The notes below the pieces were generated by a model. The model ran no database searches. It saw only the letters and a program-made list of their open reading frames with translations, and was not told the DNA's origin. From Anthoceros angustus (taxonomy: Eukaryota; Plantae; Anthocerotophyta), in contig VJWM01000202.1 of NCBI GenBank assembly GCA_010909165.1, positions 248,001 through 312,000 on the forward strand: DNA of 64,000 nucleotides, written 5' to 3'. This document shows positions 1 to 12,016 of the stretch, piece by piece; positions within the stretch are counted from its first letter, which is position 1, and each line of letters starts with the position of its first letter. The translations under genes and the position numbers were made by a program.

Positions 1-38
1 TATTCTGAATCTGGCCTGAGAACTAGTGACGTGAATCA

Positions 39-1340
39 TTATGTAATGTCAAGCATGTTGAACTCTTGAAAATGTTGAGTCCGCTTCTCCCACGTTTGCT
101 TTAGGCATACACCTACAGAAATAGGATCATGAAAAGAGAAAAAGCGGAGAAGTGAAGATCGTGCTGTTGTAAATAGAGGGATAAAATTCCCCCGAATATC
201 TTCATAGATGTGACAGAGGAACACAAAGTGTTCTTCAGTCTCCACCCCTTGTTGCATAACCTGTTGATTCTGGACTTCTTTGGTGGCTTAGGACGTAGCC
301 ATCTATCCGTCTCAATCCTAAGACGGTGAGACCCGACACGAAGATGGCCTATAATCATCCTTAATTTGAAAGACATAGGGGTGCGAAGGTAAAGAGGGAG
401 CACTGGTTTCCCAGAATTGGATGAAGTACGAAAATACTGTTTATAAGTGTCCAGCCTAGGGGATAAGGGAGAGAGAGGAGACCAAGTATAGGACAAGTAT
501 GTAGTCTGCAAATCAAGGCGGATGGACTTATTTGGAGGAGGTGGCAAGAACTGGAAACGGGGATGGGCCGGAAGACTCTCGGGACAGAATCTAAATTTCT
601 GCTTGGGAGTGGAGTGTAGCTTGGGCTCATTGGGCTGCTGACCCTCCCGAATTGCGGCCATGTGTGGCATATATCACCTCATCCCAAGATCATGTCATGC
701 TTCTTATTTGCGGGAGGGAATAAATTTCTTCAAGGTGGAGGTGCGGAAATTGGGGCAGTAGAATCTGGATCATGTATATGGGAGCCTGTGCGAGCCAGTT
801 TGCCTTGGTGGCCAGATCAGCACTGCCATCCGTAATCAGCCTGGGCACTCGGTGACGGAGTTCTTCCGTTGTTGGACACTGGGCAGGAGCCCGGATTGGA
901 ACAGGAATTGAGGAGCTTTGGGTGGGAACAAAGGCTGGGCTGGCGGACCTTGCAGAGGCAGAGACTGTGCCCGTGGGTTTGTGTTCTATAATTCCACGGG
1001 CTTTGGAGAATGTGCTGCCCGCGGGCCCGGGGGTATCCGCTTCATGTTCGAGGGGAACCGGGCAATGGTGGCCTATCCAACTTTCCACCTGAGTGCAAAG
1101 ATGGAGTGGGAGCTACGAGAGGCTTTCCCATTTGTGTTGGCGACGTGCTACCTCTTCTCAACTCCATCCTAGAGGTGCATTGCACCTTGTTTGGGAGTTT
1201 TCTATACTTGTTCCAGGTGAAACACTTGACTAGGCGTCTGACTGTGCAAGTGCAGCAAGCAAGAGGAGTGGAGGAGAGCCGGAGGTTGGAAGAAGGGGTC
1301 CTCGTGGGCTGTAGGTATCCAAGTGTCCTCCGCCTCAAAG
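39..1340 (-). mobile_element. Non-LTR retrotransposon (LINE) ORF2 3' remnant, frameshifted
   Basis: Overlapping minus ORFs 113-670 and 39-257 give GHLRVGSHRLRIETDRW...RLCN...ETEEHFVFLCHIYEDIR, the typical Cys/His C-terminal motif downstream of LINE reverse transcriptase. The upstream extent is approximate. Confidence 0.65.
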
Positions 1341-2829
1341 ATCCATAGTGAGTGGCATGAGAGAGAATTTGGTCATGGGGAGACCGAGTTCATTATATAC
1401 ACTGAGAGAAACTGCTGGGCCCTTCATAAAATGGACTCACTATGACAGCAAGCTTCTATCTACACTTTCCTTACCGGGTTCATAAAACTGGGCCATGTGC
1501 AAAGTGGCGGTCATACAGTCCATGCAGTGCATGCGGAGCCTTTCCTTGAGTGGTTGTTTACACGCGTACCAGTGGACGCATGGCAAGAAAGCCCCCCCGT
1601 CCTCCGAGGCAATCAGAGGACACTCGTCCTCGGATTTCTCGTAGTGACTAGCAATGATCCTCCTGCATCTCCAGCTGTGTTTTGCACCTAAGCCATTGCC
1701 TGGAACATTGCGAAAGAGCCCAAAGAAGCATCCCGACCAAAACTCCAAGGAGGTTCCTTTCACGCTGGTAACTACAATTCTACTCCGACGGAGGCATCCA
1801 TAGGCTTGTTGGAAAGCCCACATAGAGCTTGGCAGTACCCTATCTTCTCAGAATTAATATCTGATCACAGCGTTTACAAAAAATTAAAAACCACTATGGT
1901 TGAATTTCTCAGAAAATAGAGGTGGTTGTTTAGGGGTTAAAACATTCAACACAACTACATCTCCTTAAGTGAGATAATTGATTTTTCTATTAAAAATAAT
2001 AAAAAGAATAGAGAATAGTAATCGAATAGGTTTCAAATAGGTAGCTAATCAGCATTGTCATTTTACCCTGAAGCCTCGCAATGCTGAAGCTTTTGGCATT
2101 CAGGGCTATCATGTTTAAACCTTTGGCAATTAGGACCCATATCCTCATAAATATATCCATTTAGCCCTCCCTAACTGGGACTACCTACTCTAGACCGGCT
2201 TTAGAGGTCCCAATTATGGGAGGTGTCCCACTTAGATTTTTCATAATTTAAAAAATAAATAGATAATAAAATATCTAAAAAAGGGTGAGCTATCCTAGTT
2301 TTTAGTGAAAAGCGATCTGGTTGAGGTGACAAGTTACCGGTTTTCCGCCATATACCCCGACGATGAGCGGACGTGCATGGCCACGACGTGCAAGGCGCCA
2401 CTGGGCTGAAACGCCCTACGAGATAGGCGACGGATAGACGACGCGTGCATGGCAATGACGAACGCAAGGCCACGAGCTACGAGCCTACGAGATAGGCGCG
2501 ACAGATAGCCGTGCTGGATGGGCCTTCCAATCGTCAGGAACTCCAGGATAGGCCGTCTGCAGACTCATCTGGCCATGTGCGCCGCTCGCCTGCACATCGG
2601 ACGGCCCTACATCGCCGTGAACTGTGATAGGCCGCCGCACTCATCTGGCCATGTGCGCCTTCCGTTCAGCTTCCGTACCATCGGGACGGCGTCCTACCTC
2701 ATCGTGACTGTGCTCCCATCATAGACAAGCAGTCCGCATGATGCCCCCAAATGTCTAGGTCGTCCCATGCTCTGCTCCGGCCGTCCAAACCCATATTTGG
2801 CCATCTACCGACTTTATTAGTCTTGTTGC

Positions 2830-3510
2830 ACTCCTCATACGACTTATGAAACCCAAGACAAAAAGAAATCCACACAAAACCATACTAGGAAGAGGTCGCC
2901 TAACCATGTGGTACTCCACAATGCTGAAGTTAAGGAGCTCAAGGCCAAGAAGATGTAGGAGTCAAGTTGGGAACTGAGGGAGCTTGGGGATGATTCCACG
3001 GAGGTACTTGAAGTGCGTAAGAAGGTGTTGTTGGAGGACAAAAGAAAGAAATGCCAATTGGAAGAGAGGGACAAGCCAGTCAAACTTCTTACAACTTGCT
3101 TGATTAGCTAGTAGAGCCGGTGAAAGGAGGATCCCATGTCCAAAAAAAAAAACATGTTACGAGGCCAAGAAAAGAACTTATCGGACGAACTTTCAAAATA
3201 GAAGTCGGAACTGGTGGTTAGGAAATCTCCAAGGGGTTTGGCAGTTAACGTTGAAAATATATAGCTTTTATCCAACACATACCAATGCATAGGTATAATG
3301 TCTCAAGTTGATGCAGAATAGTTGACCCTATAGCTTTAAGATGTGTGAAGGTGATTCTATTGAAAATCATCTAATTAAATTCAGAAAGCTCCGTGCTTAT
3401 TTTATAGTATTGACAAAGCTCCAGGCTGCCATCACTTTACTTGCATTCTTACCTGCTAGTTATATAGGAATAGCTTCACCCTTGTTCTACATAGGTATAA
3501 GCTTTTCAGA
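2830..3510 (+). mobile_element. Ty1/copia gag (UBN2-type) remnant
   Basis: SFKMCEGDSIENHLIKFRKL...AAITLLAFLPASY (ORF 3341-3529) matches the copia gag pattern F.M.EG.SI..HL..F..L...LL..LP.SY. Confidence 0.55.
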
Positions 3511-3517
3511 CTTTACA

Positions 3518-3949
3518 ATAGGAGGATAGGAGGATAGGAGGATAGGAGGATAGGAGGATAGGAGGATAGGAGGATAGGAGGATAGGAGGATAGGAGGATA
3601 GGAGGATAGGAGGATAGGAGGATAGGAGGATAGGAGGATAGGAGGATAGGAGGATGGGAGGATAGGAGGATAGGAGGATAGGAGGATAGGAGGATAGGGA
3701 GGATAGGAGGATAGGAGGATAGGAGGATAGGAGGATAGGAGGATGGGAGGATAGGAGGACAGGAGGATAGGAGGATGAGGAGGATGGGAGGATAGGGATA
3801 GGAGGATAGGAGGATAGGAGGATGGGAGGATGGGAGGATAGGAGGATAGGAGGATAGGAGGATAGGAGGATAGGAGGATAGGAGGATAGGAGGATAGGAG
3901 GATAGGAGGATAGGAGGATAGGAGGATAGGAGGATAGGAGGATAGGAGG
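3518..3949. repeat. 8-bp tandem repeat (GGAGGATA)n, about 54 units
   Basis: Directly visible, with occasional variant units such as GGAGGATG. Confidence 0.98.
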
Positions 3950-4779
3950 CGGCACACCAATGCATATGGAGGCATAAAGTCTGTCCTTGCCTCATAAGAA
4001 AAGCTTGGAATCCAGCATGGCAAGGAGGAGAGGGTTGTGCAACTAGTTGGATGTTGATGAAGCGTGATCGGTTAAGCATTGGGTTGCACTATCCCTTCAT
4101 CCTGCCGGGTGGGCAGTGTCTATTAAAAGGAGAGCCCTCATAGTGGGCTGCAAATCTGAAGGTCTTTAAAGTGCCATCATGTTGCTGCGCAGCCCTCAAA
4201 ACAAATAGATCTGGCTGCCCTCCCATCCATGCGCTGTGACACAAGGGGACACGGCCATCCAAAATGTCCCATTTAAAGTGCGTGCTGCTCGCGGTAAATC
4301 GTGTCCTCAATCGCACAACACAGCTTGTTGCCGTAACATGATGCCACTGATGATATTGAGTTCGGAGAGCTATCTATTGAATTCTCTTGATGTTCGGAGA
4401 GAGATTTGTTGGGAAATATCGCAGTTAACCACAACACCAACTTCAACACCATGACAAAAAATTGCTACCCATCTGCCAAAGTTATCACCAAACCTGAACC
4501 TACTAAGACATCGCCATAAAAATAGCCAATAGCACCATGGCCTTTTCAAAGTACGGCATGAGAAGATATAAGAAGATTATGGTACCTATAGGACATAGAT
4601 CGAGATGTGGATATGAAATTTGAATACTCTATTATAACTTTTATATCGTTTAGACTACATAACATAGAGCATGTCACATTTAGTAAAAGAAATAGAGCAT
4701 GACATAGAAATGCGAGGAGCACTCCGAGGTCAAGCCGGAAATACATACTCCACTAAAGTCAAACTTACAAGTCAGGCAT

Positions 4780-7018
4780 CTAGAATACAGCATCCAGTCG
4801 AAGATCTGTGGCACAACCGTAAATGACCCTATTATTTCCCCTAATGCACCCACTATCAATTTGCCTCCACTCCGGTGTTTGTTTGGAAAGATCGCAAATC
4901 ACAACAGGAGTGCTGAAATTCTCATAAATGTAAATCAAATCCGAACAACCCACCCCTTGAATCTTTCTTAGAGGCATTCGCGCAAAAAACTTCTCGGGCA
5001 TGCGTGCTATCTCCACCCATGCACTGCCTCCACTGTTTAACTCCCAGATTGCGAGCCCGTCCTCAACGACGCGTCTCTCATTGTCTACAAACCCTATCAT
5101 CAGAAGTCTTCCTTTCGACTCCACCAGAAAGGGAGAAATTCCACTGTCAGGATCAAGGGCCGGAGGACACGGGGCCTGTACATGACTCCAGGTTCCACTA
5201 CTCATATTGTAAGCTAAAAGCTTGAACCTCCACAACATGTAGTAGAGGTTCCCATTGCAGAAAGCTGTTCTGACGTAGGGGCCCCATCGGATGTGACCAC
5301 CGTCGTCTGTGATCTTATCACAGGTTTTTCTCCAGCAGTTTGCTCTAGAGTGGAAAATCTCAGTGGAGTACACCTTTACAGGGCATGGTTGCAATAGATG
5401 GTGTCAGGTAGCTTAGATTACCAGCCTCCTGACGGCCAATGGCAGGATAAGCCTTCCAGCCCACCCTCTAAACGACTACTCGTAACCTGAGATGGAAAGA
5501 GTGCACAACGGAATTGGGGAGTTGCTTTGCAAGATGTGCAGATTTCGTCGTGTGCAGTCACCATACCTTATGCATCACAGAGGGCTTGGAGAGACCGCCA
5601 GCCACAACAACGATGAAATCTCCCCTTTGAGCTGAGCTTTCGCAGTCTTGAAACACTGCCACCACTGGCTGCACTCTCTTCTCATTGAGAGGAGGAAACT
5701 TTCTCCATGCCCTGGTCACCGGATTGCACAAGCACAGCGCAATGTACAGGCGGGCAAAGTACTCGAAGAAGAGCAGCCCACCCACTGCGCCAACAATGTG
5801 CAACGGTCTCTTGACATGCTCGTGGGGAATGAAGCCAAGCGGGATCTTGTACCACCTGTCCAGCCTTGGATTGTAGGCGTGGGAGTCATCCTCAATCCAG
5901 CTGTCCCAGGTGAAGAGCCAGGGTTTCTCTGGGGGTATGGCAGAGTAGACAGCCAGAAATCCGCGGTCTTCCATGAGAGTACGGTTCCACTTTCTGCAAA
6001 CTGCACGGCAACTCACAAGGCATGGAAGGGGAAGGCAGGCCAGAATCCGTTCCACCAGATCGTACGGCAAAGTGCTCCACAGAGACTGCTCCAAATCACA
6101 GAGTCTCAGCCCTGCCCCTCCAGCGAGTCTCACGGACGGGTCTTCGTCAGGCGGTTGCAACTCCTCAGGTCCAAGGGGCTTGGCCACCGAACCCAATGTC
6201 GCCCCTGGCTCAAACGCCACATTCTCCTGCATCGGCCTCATCTCTATGGTTTCCCCAGGCACCCTCTCCCCCACGGCCTGTGCACCATGCTCCACAAGCT
6301 TCTCCGAGGGAATCTTCTCCCTCGACTCCTCACTGGATCCAACTCCTGCTGATCTGGTCGCCACAGAAAGAGCGTCATCCGCCACCGCAGGGCTTGAAGG
6401 CCCCACCAGCGAGTCCCTGATCTTCTTCACCTTCTCCAGGGTAACCGACATGGCCTCCCTGGCCCGCGAAGGCTGCTCCCTCCAAGCCGTGCCATGTCTC
6501 ACATGCAAACTAGAGAATTTGCGCTCGGACGTGATCTCCTTCAAGGAATAGTAACTCGATCCCTGGCTACCCTCCGCTGCCGGAGAATGGCCCCTTCCGG
6601 AGGAGGAAACCTCATCCACCATCAGCTTCATCGAGCTTCTTGAAACCTCTTTCTTGGAAGAGCTTCCATCTCCACAAGCAGCCACAACTTCATCCAACAG
6701 TTCCTCCAATACAGTTCTTGTGGTAGACAGATCCCCCATAATCCTTGCGTAGTTAGCCTCAAGCTCAAGTTGCTGCACCTCGGACCGCACCTGCTGCAGA
6801 AGGGAAGTTTCCCTTTGGAGGTCCTCCTTAGGATTGGAAGCAGAAGAGTAGGAACACACGGACGTGCTGCAGCTCTCCTCCTCCGAGCTCGAGCGTCCCC
6901 CGCCTCTGGTCTGGAAATCATCCTCGCATTTCACAAACGAATCAGGCGGCACGTAGGATGGAATGTCGGGATCTCGCAGCCCCATAGTATAGACGAGTCT
7001 TCTGCGGGGCCGCCTCAT
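4780..7018 (-). CDS. F-box/kelch-type protein, 2 exons (5567-7018, 4780-5373), about 681 aa with a long low-complexity N-terminal extension
   Basis: F-box LPYDLVERILACLPLPCLVSCRAVCRKWN is followed by plant FBX-kelch motifs (GAVGGLL, LCNPVTRAWRKFPP, LVESKGRLLMIG). A GT..AG phase-0 intron at 5374-5566 joins ...SVMHK|VYSTEIF... in frame. First in-frame ATG is at 7018; an upstream exon is possible. Confidence 0.9.
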
Positions 7019-7783
7019 ATTCTGTCGCTGACCATCCAGAACCACCCAACAAGAACAACATGTAGCCTGCACTACACAAGTCCGGAGGTCTGCAGCAGCA
7101 GGTTGAAGGATAGAACGTGCATTTGTTGATCCACACCATGCCACCCAGGCTCACATCACCCACATGGGTGGAGCTGATCCAAACCACCAAAGGGTTGCGA
7201 GGATGCATTGCCGGCCCAAGCGACAAAGACAAAGACGCACCTCTTCACCAGGCCGTCTTCAGCTGACACTCAGGACATCCAAAACTAATAACAAACAAGG
7301 ACACAACATACCGCTACGCAACACAAGGTCATGCTAAACCGCACACACCTAGGGCCCGCAATTGCTCACGACGCCAGAAATCATGGCCTCCGTTCTCAAC
7401 TCGGGAAGCCTTCCCCACGAGCAGAAAAACCGAGAATGTGGTAAGAAAGGGGCATTTGACTACTTCCTTCCTTTTTACTCCCCATCTGTTCTACGTGACT
7501 CGCTACATTACAAGGTGGCCGGGACAGGACAGCAGAGGCCTGGCCCGGCGCTGAATCACAGCTCGCGCCTTTGCTTCTGGAGGCTCGTGATCCTGCCTCC
7601 AGCTGCGGTGGGTGACACCACAACCCGGAACTGAGGAGCCTCCGCAGATCTTTACTACAGCGGTGCGAGATTTTCGCAGGGCGGAACAGTCCTCTCACCT
7701 TAGAATGGAGTGCCATTGATCTGGAATTCAGGAGGGCTGGGTTGTCCAGACGGTGGGAGTGGTGATCTGCTCCCGGAGACACG

Positions 7784-9197
7784 ATGAGAGGAGGGAAAGT
7801 CCCGTCGCATCTGGTGCTGGTTGTGGTGGGCTTTGTGGTCATGGGGGTTATAGGCTTCCAGGCCATATCCGAGAGGGTCAAGCTGAACGCTACTTACCGT
7901 CTCCTTGAACAGAAGGACGAACAGAATGAGAAGCTCAGATTGCGGCTAACTGTGAGCAACGCCTTCCCGGCACTTGAATTTTGCCATAGGCTGTCAGCTG
8001 GTGCCTGCTGCTGTTTTTGTATTTGGAAGGCCACCTTACATGTAGGTTCAGGGGCCGGCCGTACCTTCTCCCCGGAGTGGTTGTTGGGCAGTGGGGAATG
8101 TTTCTGCTGAACCTGGTCTTTGTGATCTGGTCTTAAACTGACTAAGCCAGCTCAGCTGGGGCTAGGATCTGTGGGTTGTTGTATGGTGTCGTGGTTCTCT
8201 GGTTTTCAGTCATTGCTTTTCAGCTGGACGAGGCTTCGAACTTTTGTTGGCCTGATCGTGGAAAAATGCAATTTGATGGCATTGAGGGTGGCTCAGAGAT
8301 TTAGGATGTGCTGTGATTTTCTTAACTGCAGATTCTGTCGTGACTCTCGTGTCTTTTGTCATTCAGTCTGCAGTTGAAAAGCACAGTACAGAGGTGGGAA
8401 GACTTACAGACGATAACTTGAAGCTGAGCTCTGAGAAGGATGAACTGCGGAAGCAACTCACTGATTTGGGCCTCACCGCACAACGACTCCGTCAGCAGCT
8501 GGACAAGCAAGCCCGGCTGAAGGAGAAGGAGATCAGGTCCTTGAAGTTGCTGCACAAAAGCAAGCTGGAGAACAGAGAGTCCGCCGTTACGGCGCTGAGC
8601 AATAAGCTTCGAAAACGAGAAAAGGAAGTGGAGGTCGTGAAGTCAGAGGTGGTCACTGGAAGGGAGAAGAAAGAGAAGGAGCTTTCAGCCTTGCAAGAAA
8701 AGAATGTGGCATTGGCCAGTGAGATTGAGAAGCTGCATGAGGAGCTAGAAAGGCTGAAGGGAAGTGTGAACAAGTCGCCAGAAGGGCTGAACGAAGTTGT
8801 TGTGGAAAGCACAAATAGGACGAGCACGGTAGCAGATGAAGTTCCTGCTATCAAGCCGAAGAAGAAATCTTGGGCTTCACAGATATTTGGGCACGCAGAC
8901 GGTGAGGATTTGGAGGAGGAAGAACAGCTGCCGAAGGGTAGCGGTTTCTCAGATGATGGCAAGGATACAGGCAAACAGGAAGATTCCGAGGAGGAAAACA
9001 ATGGTGAGCAGGGTGAGGAATCGTACGCTGAGGATCACTCGGATTTGGAGAGCGACAAGGAGCAAGATGATAAACCAATTGATGATGATGGGGAGGAGGC
9101 TGGAGAGGAGGTGGTCGAGAAACGTCCCAAAGCAGATGAGGAGGAAGCAGGATTTGATGACCGGGATGATACTGATCTGCTTGAGAACACAGAATAA
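7784..9197 (+). CDS. Type-II membrane (signal-anchor) coiled-coil protein with acidic tail, 2 exons (7784-7951, 8367-9197), about 332 aa
   Basis: Basic N-terminus plus hydrophobic anchor (HLVLVVVGFVVMGVIGF), a GTGAG..TTCAG phase-0 intron joining LRLRLT|SAVEKH, a long heptad region and an E/D-rich C-terminus. Resembles an uncharacterised land-plant family often annotated 'micronuclear linker histone polyprotein-like' (recalled, unverified). Confidence 0.85.
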
Positions 9198-9769
9198 TTG
9201 TAGCAGCATCCATCTGTACTACATCTGGGACAATAGAGTTACATATCCTTTCAATTAGGACCGCAAGTACAAGCCAGAGCTAAGTGTTGTGCTTTTTGTC
9301 CTTGCCACACCACTGTTGTTCTTAAACGTAGGGCAGCCACCGGCAAAGGATTCAGGCTGACGGTTGTCAAAACTGCTGTTGTTCAGTAGCAACTCACGTA
9401 GTCGGCTGCCCTAAATTACAAATCCTCCTGACGGCTCTTCAAACCAATCCTGCTCATCACGGCAGATAATTTTTGATCTCTTGAGGCACTCTTTAAACCC
9501 AATGCCTCATAGATTGGGCCGTAGAGCTAGCATCAGAGAGGGACTGGTACCTATGTAAGGCGCAACCTCAATCCAGATAGTCTAAGCTAACGGGATTGAG
9601 GGTACTCGTCAGAGAGCGCAACCTTCAGCTTCTGAAGAGGATTCCAGGAAAAAAACTGAGAAAAATCTTTGCACATCTCCTGACGAGCTCCAAATTCAAT
9701 AAAGCTGAACATTTTTCTTTGCTCCGACCCTTACGCACTGTGCAAGCCAAATTTTGAGTAGACATCTAT

Positions 9770-11980
9770 CTTAGTCTAACTCTTAGCTGAAGGCGGCAGC
9801 AGGTAGACGTCACTGGCACAGTAAAGGTTTGGCCATGAGTTTTGTCTTTGTCTTGGGCGGATTTCACTCCAATGTTGCACCAGCCTGCTGACTTTGAGCT
9901 GAATGTGGAGCATTGCCAAGCCCATCCCAGGACAGACCCGCGCCAGTTTGAATGGGGATCATTGGTGCTGGGGTCCTTGGTTCCAGTGATGTTTGTAGGC
10001 CCCTCCAAGAACATTTCTGGAATGAATGTCAAGGCCTTGGGCTCCACGGACAGCTTATACTGGCAGGCCGTCAGCTCTCGCTCTTGGGAATGTGGCATCC
10101 TGCCACGTTCTCCTGCTCCAGAGGCTTGTGAGTGATCAGAGAGTGGGTTGTTGGGTTACTGCATGTTGCCCAGTGGCTTCTATGGATTCCTGCAGGCATA
10201 TTGATTGCAGTAAGATTGTGGTGACAAGGAGGGGCTGCAGAGAACCTGCCCTTCCTTGAGTGGGAGTCCATTTAGGCAGGAGGTTCTTTAGCGAATCTGG
10301 TGCAAGTGAATGGAAGCTGATGTTCCAGATGGTGAAGAGACTCCTTGGTTGACCCGTATGCAAAGTGTCAGTACTTGGAACAGGCACGCATCTGAGGGGA
10401 TTTGACGGATTGCCCACAAGAGATGTGGGGAACTGGAAACCCGTTGACAGCAGTATATCCTTAACAGGGGCTGAGTCAAAATGCAGTGTCTATGTATGCA
10501 AGAATGCAACAGGAGGGGCGGGTTAGAGTATGCGCAAGGTGATGTGGCGGCCCATCATGCATGCGAAATTGGTTGCACCAACTTGTGTCATCCGTGTGTG
10601 TTCTGCAGGCCTGTTGAACACTGGAACTGCATGCCAGGATCATTCAGCGCAAATAGCTTGAGACTGTGCAACCAGATGTCAGAAGAATTCATGTAGCCGT
10701 TCTAGCAATTCCCTCTGTCCGCAGCATTTTCTGTGGCTGGCCATTTCTGGGTATCGTGATTGACATATCAAGCTGTCCATGTTTTCTGCCGTCACAAATA
10801 ATTCAGCACATGTGGCAGTATGCGGTGTGTTGGCAGCATGACTTGTGGACTCGTTTGTGCTTGCGAGGTCATTTGCTGCATGTGATACGGTGACATGTGA
10901 GCGTCTGCTACCAGCCCCAGCGTTCTTGTGTAGTTTTGAAACATTCCTGACCCTATATATTCCAATGGAGGAGAGTGCGTGTTGAACAAGTTTTTCTTTC
11001 CTCATACTATCAGCCTATTGTCTGAGGGTCGTACTGAGCCTGCACAGGCAGTTGGGTGGCTTTCAATGTCGTCGATGCATCGCTACTGGCTGCAGACCAC
11101 AAGGATCGATGCTGAAATGGCTGCGGGCACAAAGTAAGCAGAAGGTTGTATTTTGTCCTTGTGTAAAGGTGCGAGCCATGCAGTGGTGTTGACACCTTCT
11201 CCACCCAGCTGGGTTGCTTGCAGAGGGTGGGCATGTATGCACTGCAGGAGAGGTGAGATCCTGCTCCCTTGGCTCCTATCTCTAGCCAGTGATGTGTGTT
11301 TCAGCAGCTCTCTTCCCTGGTCTTTCCCAGAATGACGTAGTGAGCTGGATGTCACCACCTCCTCTGTTGAGTACTATTTGTGCTCCTTGTTACTTAGTGC
11401 CTCTGGCTCCATCCTCCAATGCGGGTCTGCTGTGAGGATTGCATATTTTCAGGGCACTGGTCATTCCAACAGGGTCACTTATGTATGTGTTTCAGCGCTG
11501 CTAAAGTGCCGTATTCACTCTGCAGTGAGATTGAAGCGTCTATCAGGGATAGGGCAAGCATATGAGAACCAAATTCTTGGGTTCCATAGACCCATAGCCA
11601 TGCAGTTCATGAAGTAGGGTGTACAGTACTGCAAAGGTAAGAGCAGACGTGCGCGCCACCATGTCACATGAACTTATAATTGGGGGTGGAGATGCCGCGC
11701 GCCTGTGGTTCACGACAGGCAGAGCAGCTGAAGTGGTTTGTGAGTTCTGATACCAGACAGAACAGGTTTTTGGTGTTGAAACACCCACACGGAGAGCAGA
11801 GGTGACGAGCAGTGTTGCTGTAGTCAACTTGATTTTGTGGCAAGGTCTTGCTTCCCAATGAAGTCGTAGATTATGGATTTGGCGTACTAGACAATGGGTA
11901 AGGAATAGAATTCCCTTCACCCAAATGTTAAGATCCACATCGTCACAAGGGCAGGCCAAGTTCTGCCTGACAACGCAGAG
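9770..11980 (-). pseudogene. Probable degenerate KDZ (Kyakuja-Dileera-Zisupton) transposase with CxC domain
   Basis: Stitching across frameshifts gives CSPCGC...FSCSAC then TSALTFAVLYTLLHELHGYGSM (CxC-like), SCCQH-ILPHVLN-FVTAENM (KDZ CCRH..N..GE-like) and CCQRVSS (DGE.CER.WS-like). Confidence 0.45.
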
Positions 11981-12016
11981 CACAACAGCATCAAGTTACG
12001 TAGATCTTATTATAGC

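Noticed and set aside
1440-1823. 127-aa minus ORF with RIVVTS (NB-ARC-like?)
   Set aside because: No other NB-ARC motifs (P-loop, kinase-2, GLPL) were found.
3487-4079. Long 'SYPPILLS' repeat ORFs
   Set aside because: Artefact of translating the 8-bp tandem repeat; open in several frames with no coding evidence.
3950-4400. Possible PPR relic on the minus strand (CHAG-like motif)
   Set aside because: Too degenerate to support; only one weak motif.
5648-7232. Several 90-230 aa ORFs overlapping the F-box gene
   Set aside because: Shadow ORFs of a GC-rich coding exon.
8322-9258. Alternative and antisense ORFs over the coiled-coil gene
   Set aside because: Shadow frames of a low-complexity coding exon.
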